A DNA stretch of 15,856 nt from Adineta steineri (lineage: Eukaryota). Position numbers and translations under genes: made by a program. Numbering within the stretch: the first letter of the stretch is position 1; every line of letters starts with the position of its first letter. The DNA lies in NCBI GenBank assembly GCA_905250115.1, contig CAJNOI010000109.1:23403-39258 (forward strand). Reading direction: 5' to 3'. The notes below the pieces were generated by a model. It saw only the letters and a program-made list of their open reading frames with translations, was not told where the DNA came from and did not search any database. Shown in pieces: positions 1 through 9,093 of this stretch.

Positions 1-74
1 CATCATACAATACAGATCTTCATATTTTTTATATTTTACAAAAATTAGCTCGATGTATAGTTGGTGTTGAAGTC

Positions 75-640
75 TTGAATGAATTGAATTGTGTTAAATC
101 ATTGATTGAAAGTAAAGAACAAATGAAAAAAGATCATAATGAAAAAGAATATTCAAATATTGATTTTATTCAATCAATAACTTATGCTTTACTTGTTGAA
201 GCTGATGAAATTAAACAAAATTTTCTTCTTGCTGATCAAGTAATGTGTTATATTCTTGAACAATTAATTTCCTTAATATTAAAAATGCATCTCAATGTAA
301 TTCATTAATCTATCAAGGTTTTCATATGACTGAAGGTCTTGTTGTTCTAAGTAAATTATTTGTTAATGATGATATTTTAAAGAAATGTTTGAAAGAAAAT
401 AATCAATTATTTAATTGTTTATCTCAATTATGAATACAATTTACATCGGATATAACATTTATTAATATTCAATGTATAAAAGATGAACTTTTAATAACAT
501 TAACTAATCTTCTTTGGAGTATTTCATTTCATCAATTTTCACATGAAAAATTTCAATTAAATACAAATCTTATGAATGTATTATCAAATCTTTCAACATC
601 ATCATCATCATTATATACAAGTACACGGAATGATTCTTTG
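75..640 (+). pseudogene. decayed/truncated protein-coding fragment, possibly armadillo/helical-repeat-like
   Basis: Frame 1 (75-284) reads ...IDFIQSITYALLVEADEIKQNFLLADQVMCYILEQLISLILK. It shifts frame at the A-run 281-285 and continues as NASQCNSLIYQGFHMTEGLVVLSKLFVNDDILKKCLKENNQLFNCLSQL*IQFTSDITFINIQCIKDELLITLTNLLWSISFHQFSHEKFQLNTNLMNVLSNLSTSSSSLYTSTRNDSL, with an in-frame TGA at 431-433, up to the repeat array at ~640. Amino-acid composition looks like real protein across both frames. The helical/ARM-like call is by look only. Confidence 0.5.
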
Positions 641-878
641 AGGGTGTGGGTGTGGGTGTGGGTGTGGGTGTGTGTGGGTGTGGGTGGTGTGTGTGAGGGT
701 GTGGGTGTGGGTGTGGGTGTGGGCGTGGGTGTGGGTGTGGGTGTGGGTGTGGGTGTGTGTGGGTGTGGGTGGTGTGTGTGAGGGTGTGGGTGTGGGTGTG
801 GGTGTGGGCGTGGGTGTGGGTGTGGGTATGGGTGCGATTAATGATCTTTTCTTCACCCAGACCCACACCCACCCTCAA
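638..878 (+). repeat. telomere-like (TGTGGG)n array with a short opposite-strand C-rich arm
   Basis: TTGAGGGTGTGGGTGTGGG... runs to ~835, followed after a short spacer by TCACCCAGACCCACACCCACCCTCAA (853-878). The ends TTGAGGGTG and CACCCTCAA are perfect reverse complements. Confidence 0.9.
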
Positions 879-879
879 G

Positions 880-1085
880 ATGGTTATGTTATGATTAGTA
901 TGTTTATCATTACATTATTTTATTATCATTAGTTTTATTATTAATGTTATTATATTAATGTGTTGATGATGATTATGATTAGCATTGTTTATTATTATGT
1001 TACATTATCGTTATTATCACTGGTATTACATTATTGTTATTATCATTGATTTTAATTATGATTAGCATTTTATAAGTTTATGGTT
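880..1085. repeat. low-complexity TTA/TCA/TTG trinucleotide-rich spacer between the two arrays
   Basis: Long run of attattatcattagttttattattaatg-type sequence with repeated TATGATTAGCATT / TATGATTAGTATG. Confidence 0.6.
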
Positions 1086-1088
1086 TAG

Positions 1089-1290
1089 TTTGAGGGTGTG
1101 GGTGTGGGTGTGGGTGTGGGTGTGGGTGGGTGTGGGTGGGTGTGGGTGGGTGTGGGTGGGTGTGGGTGGGTGTGGGTGGGTGTGGGTGAGGATGTGGGGT
1201 GGGTGTAAATGTGAGACATGAACAAGGCTCACGCCCACACTAATACCCACGCCCTGACCTCCGCCTTCATCTACAATCACACCTACACAC
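1089..1290 (+). repeat. second telomere-like array (TGTGGG then TGTGGGTGGG units) plus degenerate C-rich arm
   Basis: TTTGAGGGTGTGGGTG... starts at 1089; seven near-perfect TGTGGGTGGG decamers fill ~1121-1188; degenerate G-rich sequence to ~1206; then CTCACGCCCACACTAATACCCACGCCCTGACC from ~1230. Confidence 0.85.
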
Positions 1291-1601
1291 ACTCTAATAA
1301 AACAAAACTTATTTATCCTGGATGATTGCTCTCAATTTATTATCAGATTAGAATTAATTCGACTGCTGTTAACTTGTAATTCACGTTAATCTTTCAAGTT
1401 AGTAGCAATTGAGTTAGGGCAAGTTAACAGAATCTGAATATTTAATGCGTCGATCAAATTTATATCCAGTCCGACTGTGCTAGTGTATGCCTATACACGA
1501 TTCCTATAGGTTCAATACATCAATAAGGAAGTGTATTGATTATGTTTTAGAATATCAAATATCTCAAATAAAAAATGGTTTATTTTGTTGTAGAATAAGG
1601 C

Positions 1602-1646
1602 TGAGGGTGTGAGTAAAAAGCGCAAATCCTCTCACACTCACCCTCA
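1602..1646 (+). repeat. short inverted telomere-like module
   Basis: TGAGGGTGTGAGT (1602-1614) ... CTCACACTCACCCTCA (1631-1646), near-palindromic arms around a ~16 bp spacer. Confidence 0.6.
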
Positions 1647-4600
1647 TGTCGCTGACCTGAAGTATTATTGAAAAAACTGAAAATATTACACTTTATTTTA
1701 CTTGGTAAAGTAAAGATAAAATCCAATCCCTGCTCGAGACAAAGATCATAATGAACAAATCGATTGTCTTGGAATGACTCACAAATCACAATCATGTCGA
1801 AGTCATAGTCAATATTATGATGCAAGATCTGATTGCGACAAACAGAGTATTTTAGGTACGTATCTTATCGAAGAAGTATTTTCCTCACATCTTTCTCTGC
1901 AACGAAAATGAATTCTGTAAGAAATAACGAAGATAAATAATTTTGTAATATTGTTCGAACTAATATTTTTCATGAAAGATATTTGCATCACACATATTAC
2001 ATTTCTTGTACTAATTACTGTCAAATTTAAACATGATCGACATTAATCTGTTCTAAAAGGAATAGAAACGAGATATAGATTTGTTTCAATCGATTACTAT
2101 AATAAACAAATGAGAAATAAAGTACAACAATTTTTCCAGGAAATATTTTGGTTGATATTTACGTTATTCTATTGTTCGATTCATTATGCGGAAGAAACTG
2201 TTTATTCAACAGTTGATTAAGCTTTGCTGCCATGTATGTAAAACAAATGTATGAAGTAAACACCAAGCGTTCTCTTCAAAAAATCGTAACTACATAAAGA
2301 AAAAGAATAATACGAAAAAATTCTTTGATAAAAAATAAATAATAGTATAAATAAATGGCAACAGTTTAGTATGGTAAGTAATAAATCTTGAACAAATGTA
2401 GTCTACACTCAAGAGAGATATTTCCGAGCTTTTTTACATCGTTAGATGAGTAAAATAAATGTTATAGTACAGTTTTCATTCTTTTTTAAAAACGAAACAT
2501 GTTGTTCACATTTTGCTTTTTTTGAAAGCATACGAATCTTATAGTTTTAGTAGACTGGTCAGTAACGCATATTCATCATATAAATACTACAGTGCTCATC
2601 AACAGAATAAATATTCGGTACTAATTATATTGGCTACTCTCAGTACATAAGACATTATTGATATACGTGGATCATTTATCTTGATTTTCAATATTGATTT
2701 TACTTTTGAGTAATATCGACGCATTTTGTCTATAAATAATAGCGTGATTGTGGCAAGACATACGTGATAGTATGATGAAGGTAATATAAGTATCTTATTT
2801 TTTGATAAACAAAACAGAAAAATAGTTGCAATATACATTGATCAACTTATAAGTTTATGTTTTTCAAGTAAGATTATAACAGGTAGGGAAATAAAAATTG
2901 TAATAATCATAATTCTGATATAGATCAATTTGAAAATCAACAAATAATGATCAAGAAATTATTTGCTTGGTTTTCACAATCATATCGATAATAATCAACG
3001 AGTTTTGAATGTTAGTTGTAGAGATGGAATTCTCTCTGGACTTATTCGATTAAATCATAGTGATATATGTGTTTATGATGTTGATGTTGTTGATTTGAGA
3101 CACAATAGAAAAAGTTCAAATTCCCATTTATTTGATGATTATCATTTATTACACTTTTCACGACATCTGCCGGTGAAAAACGTTTTTTTTTCAAAATCTA
3201 GTATTAGCTTTTGTAAACTATTATTCAATCAAAATTTGTAGCACTCGCCTTAAACTTTCGGATTATTTTCTCAATATTTGTTTTAAATGAGTTTTCATGA
3301 ATAGGAATCATTCATAGAAGAGATGAAGACATTTCTTATTTTTGCGTAGAGCGACATTAAGATGATCCGCCTGCCGTTTTACAAAATTCGTTTGGAATCA
3401 ATTTGACTAAGTATGGAAAAGGAAGGAAAGGAAAAGAATTTGACAGTTAAATGATATCAGACTTTGAGGTCCTATAATTATAAAAAATTGCTCAAACTAC
3501 CAGAAAACACGGTTTTCATACAAAATGTAGAGCGGCATTTTAAACTTTATAACTGCTAAAATCCTATGAAAAACAAACCATTTGCTATAGAAATTTTCTT
3601 GTTTTTGTATCTCAACGAGTGGTATTATATTCCAAAAAAGTCAAGAAAGAAAATCTTTTCGATCGAAATAAAATTCAGTCTTTGTAAGAAAATGTAGAGC
3701 GACATTGATTGTTGGAATTATACGTACTAACTGATCGACCTATGAAAGCAGTGTGTTAAAATCAGGTGTGCATCGATAACAACTTTATAATGCTAAAACT
3801 TTTGCATGTCCATCGTATCCAAAAAAAAGAATAAAAGATATATCACAACATTATTCATGTATCTATGCGAAATAAAAATACTTCTGATTCATTACGGGCA
3901 TAATCAACGAGAAAAAGGAAGAAATACAGCCTTCACTCGTATTATCATAGTCTCACGACACCTAATAGAGAGAATCTTGTCGGTATCACCAGAGTTAAAT
4001 ATATCTAGTAGAGATTATTTGAAAGGTTTTCAATAACATTGTTATTTTAAAACGAAAGTCATTCATCACTGTTTTCACTTATAGTAGCGGATCTCCCCGT
4101 TTTCACAATAAAGTGTAGAGAAAATATTATTTTCATCAACACTTGAGGTCACTCTATCAGGCACAAGATTTAGTTCCTTCAGATTGTAAAATTTATTTTT
4201 CTCGATTCTTCTTCGTCGAACGGTACAATGGACGCGATTATCACTCATATTCATTTCTACTGTGTGTGTGTCTTCTCTCTTCCCAATAAGCATCGTCTTC
4301 ACAGTAGGTTATAGAAAATCTTGTCTCATATACAGTGTTTTGAGCAAATCAAACGAACGAAATTTATTTTTTATTTTGTCATTATTATTTTTTGAACGTT
4401 TGTTGTTTCCTTCTGTTTATTTAAATAGACTTTTTTCTTTCTCCTACCAACAATACCGACTAAATCATATTTTCTATTTTAATCTCCTAGGAAATATGCT
4501 AACAATCTTTTTCTTCGTTTTTCTTCAATTTGTCATATAAAAGGAGCAACACGGCAGAAGATAATTGTGTATCAATTATAATTTATTCTTCAAAGTAAGC

Positions 4601-4950
4601 ACTCACATGTGCAACGAAAAGGAAAAAGATATTTATATAATAAAAATATTTTTTGCTTGTTTCTAACACTACTTTGAACTCTCGTCAGAATTATAAATTA
4701 TAACTCAAACGAAGTATCTATATAACTGCGGAATAAAATATATTTTTTTATCTCAATTATGAGTTTTATAGTTTAGTAGTGAGTGCACACTATAGCTTTT
4801 TGTCCCTGATCCTTACTTAGAATTTGTATACTCTGTATCCTATTTTTCCCGAAGTCTTTGTAGCAGTGGTAACAGGACTTTATCTGACTTAAATGTGAGA
4901 TAGAATTTTCTCTTTTGTTTTTGTTATACTAATCGTGAGATAAATATGAT

Positions 4951-4963
4951 ACACTCACACCCT
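4951..4963. repeat. short telomere-like stretch (single C-rich arm)
   Basis: ACACTCACACCCT, reverse complement AGGGTGTGAGTGT. Confidence 0.3.
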
Positions 4964-5643
4964 ACAAGTAGATAGGTGTCGACGATGTCTTGTCTCAATT
5001 TCGATAGCATCCGACTCATAAAGGTTGACTACAGTGAGCTGTACACTGATACAGCGAACGATGCGCTTGATCATGATGATATGTAGGCCAGTAAAACTAT
5101 TATTAAGTTGCCTCTGAACAAACAGTAGACAAGTAACAGTCGATTTCTAACTTTTCATAGAAATATAGTCACATATAATAAGAAAAAATAGGGAAGAAAA
5201 TGTCGCCATTTAGCACAATACAGTAACAGATGAGTACCGTACGCACACTAGCATTCTTTTCTTTATTCTTTGCCTAGTCCGTTCAAAACATCTGAAAAAA
5301 AGAAACAGAAACACACACTATATCATTGTTTGTTGTTACTGTTGCCACCGTTAGTAAAGAAGAGACAGATGTAAAGTATGAAAGTTTAATTTGCAAAAAA
5401 TTATCAAGAAACGGAGTGGTTATATGAAAAAAGAAGGAGTAAGCAACAATAAACAATACATTTTTGCAACAAAGATCAGCATCAAAAGAAAAATAGTTTG
5501 TCTTCTACTAATTGTAATGCCTTCTTTCTAGTGAATAGTTGTCAGTGAATCCATGGAAAACGCACCATGTTATAGAAGACCATTTTCGAATTACAAGGAG
5601 ACGTAGGTGATGTGGAGCGTAGATTTGAGTAGTACATTATATT

Positions 5644-5663
5644 CTCACCCACACCCACACTCA
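5644..5663. repeat. short telomere-like stretch (C-rich on plus strand)
   Basis: CTCACCCACACCCACACTCACTT. Confidence 0.5.
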
Positions 5664-5994
5664 CTTAAACTCAGACTCATCGTAAGATCGTTACTCAGTT
5701 TGTTCCATTTATTTTCCTCTTGATATTATATAGTTGAAAGTAGATCTATTTAAGAACTAAAATTAAAGCAGTCATCGTATCTTTCAATATTAAACATCGA
5801 CAAATCAGCTCCATTCAATTCTGAGAACCCCAGTATAATTCAACAGACAGTACGATCTCTTCATTTCACTCTGTAACTGTTGTGTGACTGGAACGAGTCT
5901 ACCAAATATTTTTGTAAACGTCGAGTCTAGATATATCTAATCAAATGTTAAATATACGTTTTAGATTTCTTCGCCGTGCACTTAGTGTAAAAAG

Positions 5995-6974
5995 ATGGTC
6001 TTGTCACTTCTAGAGATTAGCCAGCTATGTTCGATCTACTTTTTATCCTTTCTTCTTGTCATGGGCTTAATAGGCAATTCAATCAACATCATCGTTTTCG
6101 CAAGTGTGCGTAACTACCGCACGAATCCTTCTACATTCTATTACCTTATTGGTTCAATCCAGGACATTTTCATAATGTTCATTAATCTAGGTATACATAT
6201 TGCATTTGACGGATTTCGAATTAACTTAGGTGTTACTGCAATGGGTTGGTGTAAAGTCAGAAAATATTTTAGTATTACACTTAGTTTCATTTCTTTGTGT
6301 TACTCGTGTTTGGCCACGATTGATCAATTTTTCGCTACATCATCAAATATTCGTTTACGCAACTTGAGTAATATCAAGTGGGCTCATTATATTGTGATCA
6401 TTGTGATGATCATTTGCGGTTTATATGGTATTCCATATTTTTACTTTGCCAACATCTCACCACCCTCTACTGTTTGTCTTTATACAAATAATGTCTTTAA
6501 CATCTATGTGCCACTATTCAATTTTGTTGTGCTCACTGTTGTAATTAGCTCGTTGATGATTATCTTTGGATATTTAGCTTATCGAAATATTCAACGAACA
6601 ACTACTCTTGCTGATCAAGGAGCTCAAAAGCAATTGACAAGAATGATTTGTATGCAAGTAATATTAGTTGTTTTCTCTCTCGCTCCCCAGAGCATTTACA
6701 ATATCTATCTCTGGTGTGCATCTGGAGTGAATGCGAAGGTGGATCCTAATTCTATTCAGTACTTTATCGCCATAGTCACTGGCCTTCTAATTTGGGTTAA
6801 TTATGCGGTATGTTTCATTGATTTTGTACAAAGATTGTTCATATTATTTTGTATTATTTTTAGGGTAGTTTTTACGTATTTCTCATGGCTTCTAGTCGTT
6901 TTCGTCGAACAGTAAGGAAGAAAATCTTCGGTTGTTGCTGGACAAATCAGATTATTCCAGCTAGTCAAACATGA
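5995..6974 (+). CDS. rhodopsin-like (class A type) seven-transmembrane G-protein-coupled receptor, 307 aa, two exons: join(5995..6807,6864..6974)
   Basis: Exon 1: MVLSLLEISQLCSIYFLSFLLVMGLIGNSINIIVF..., with TM1 GN, Cys at the TM3 start (GWCK) paired with an ECL2 Cys (STVCLY), TM3-end DQF in place of DRY, and a TM4 Trp. Canonical intron 6808-6863 (56 bp) GTATGT...TTTTTAG. Splicing gives ...LIWVNYA|GSFYVFLMASSRFRRTVRKKIFGCCWTNQIIPASQT*, a proper TM7 and basic helix 8/C-tail. The raw 306-aa ORF reads through the intron and ends in unrelated sequence. Confidence 0.9.
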
Positions 6975-7234
6975 TAGCACAGACAACTTTATCAAAACAT
7001 TCATTTCAGCAAAGACTTGGTTAGTGTCGTCGAATGACCTATATAGGACATTAACTGCTGTGTTTTATGTTGTTAACCTCGTTCCCTTTCTATATATTTC
7101 TGTATTATCACTATTGTTGGTTTTTTCTCTCGCTGTTGTGATCAGTCTCATGTATTGTTCGTTCTCTCATCAGCATCGGTATTGTTATTATTATATTTTT
7201 GGCTACTATTAATTATTTGTTCTATTTGACTTCA

Positions 7235-7240
7235 AATAAA
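7235..7240 (+). terminator. candidate poly(A) signal AATAAA for the GPCR gene
   Basis: AATAAA ~260 nt downstream of the TGA at 6972-6974. Confidence 0.4.
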
Positions 7241-8344
7241 ACATTTTATCAGTCGTATTCATGGGCGGCGCAGGTTCAATTTTTTGCGGGACGCAATACA
7301 CTTTTAAACAAGGCTGTATAGTGTATATCCTCCCACATACTGACGGGTTCTGCAGTAGAAGTTTTTTTAAAAACTTAATTTTTCAAAGTCATAGCGTTAA
7401 AACTTTGCATACTAATTTATCAGAGAGTAAATTAAGAGTCTCATAACAGGCTAACGCTTTCCCTGAAAACAAATTACTCAAAACGAATTAGCAAAAACTC
7501 ATGTTCGTCTCTCTAACTGTCTTCGTTCAGTGACCATTGGGTGTGAGAATTGATACTAACATAAAAGTTTTCCAACTATTTTAACAGCTGCTTCTTTTTA
7601 AAACTATAGGTATAAGAATCTTTTTTCATTTTTAACTCTTCGAATAGTTATAAGTGTTCGTAAATATGTATTAATAGTAGAATAAAATCAATTTTTGTTC
7701 AAGAAAAATGTACATTTCTTTTAATTAATTTCAAAATATTTTTTTTTCTTTCATCTATTTTTAATATACAACCGGCTACAGTGGTATCAATATCGATTTG
7801 ATAATATTTTCCTATATTTACTAATACTGAAGATGATTATCGTCCTTGTGCAATTGTATTTCTAATATACGTTAATAAATTAAATTTTACGAAAAGAAAA
7901 TTATGAAAAACGAATGAAAAACTCAATATTATTGAAAACAAGCACCAGAAAAAGATTAGTTATTATGCTCCACCAATCATTTGCTATTTAATATAACTTC
8001 AATTCTTTTGATAAAAATAGATAAAGATTATTTAAGTATCAGCTGATCAATTTTAAAAAGACGAGACTTAATCTGAGGCTACATTAGTATTGCTGGTCGA
8101 GCGTGAAATTTTCAATCGTTTTTACTGTGAAAGGAGGGCGTCAAAAATAATGGAAAAAATGATTATGTATTACTTCAACGATTTCGTGTCGGATATATAG
8201 GGCCTGAAATACATTCATCAAAATAATAAAATATAGATTCATAAGACAATATTAATCAACACTTGTATATTAACTACAAGATTGTATTAAATATATGTGT
8301 ACTAAATTAGACAGTTTTACTCTAATCGACAAAGACAGCACAAA

Positions 8345-8386
8345 AATTTTGAGGATGCAATAAAAATTTCTTGCATCCCCAAATTC
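8345..8386. repeat. imperfect hairpin
   Basis: AATTTTGAGGATGCAA (8345-8360), 10-nt loop, TTGCATCCCCAAATTC (8371-8386). Arms pair at 13 of 16 positions, plus a G:U-type wobble. Confidence 0.5.
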
Positions 8387-8554
8387 TTTTTAGGCGACGC
8401 AATTGCTGGCCCGTTGCTTGCTGGCGCGCCGCCCATGAGACCAAGGTTTTAAATTTTTTTCCAGTAAATATGAAGAGGGTGTATTTCTATGAGAAAGAGC
8501 TAAGCGAGTCTTCGAACGAGCGTTTTTTATTACATGCAGCGGATAGCGTCACAA

Positions 8555-8670
8555 TAGGTGTGGGTATGAGTTTCGATTATCTCTTTCTCAGCCTGATCCA
8601 CAGAAACATCCACACTTACATCCTCTTTGACATTCATCTAGACACTCTCACACATATCCACACTCACATC
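8555..8670. repeat. degenerate telomere-like two-armed module
   Basis: ATAGGTGTGGGTATGAG (G-rich, 8554-8570) followed by CATCCACACTTACATCC ... GACACTCTCACACATATCCACACTCACATC (C-rich, 8607-8670). Confidence 0.4.
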
Positions 8671-9047
8671 TTCAATATGAATGCATTTATATTTCTATAG
8701 CCAAAAATCATAATTGTATAGGTCATATCGCTTTAATTCTATGGATTGAACTCACAGTCAGTTATTAGAAGACTTCTGGAGTGATCGTTTTTATCTTTAT
8801 TTTAAATGTATAAGCATGCACATACAATTACAATAACATCAAGCCCAACGAAATATAGCAAAAGACAAACGAACGCATGTGTATTTATATATGATTATAT
8901 ACATTCAGCGTATAATATGAGAAAACAAACACAGAAAAAGATGAAGATATGCAAGCGAAGATATCATATAAGAAACAGACATGTTCTAAGGTTGAACACT
9001 GATGAAAAATCAAGAAAACGTCATCACATTAACCGGTTTTTTTACAG

Positions 9048-9053
9048 TTTTAT
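9048..9053 (-). terminator. candidate poly(A) signal AATAAA for the NHL gene
   Basis: AATAAA on the minus strand ~41 nt after the TAA at 9096-9094. Confidence 0.55.
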
Positions 9054-9093
9054 TGTTAACGATAATAATCAGTAGTAATTAAGTCCTTATACA

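Noticed and set aside
570-1292. Long ORFs such as THTHTHPHPHPHP and VWVWVWVW (570..878, 572..781, 611..868, 672..932, 1062..1292)
   Set aside because: They are translations of the TGTGGG/CCCACA arrays. The composition is pure repeat, with open frames on both strands; no coding evidence.
2963-3241. 92-aa ORF (NNQRVLNVSCRDGILSGLIRLNHSDICVYDVDVVDLRHNRK...)
   Set aside because: Moderately protein-like, but with no domain I recognise, no convincing exon partners and AT-rich noncoding surroundings. A decayed fragment cannot be excluded without a homology search.
6801-7004. Minus-strand 67-aa ORF
   Set aside because: Antisense to GPCR exon 2 and 3' flank.
7024-7212. 62-aa hydrophobic plus ORF downstream of the GPCR stop
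   Set aside because: Short, in the probable 3'UTR before AATAAA at 7235, with no recognisable family; not enough to call a gene.
8371-8700. 109-aa plus ORF
   Set aside because: Spans a hairpin arm, the GC island and CAC/CAT-rich repeat sequence; the C-terminal HTHIHTHIF is repeat translation.
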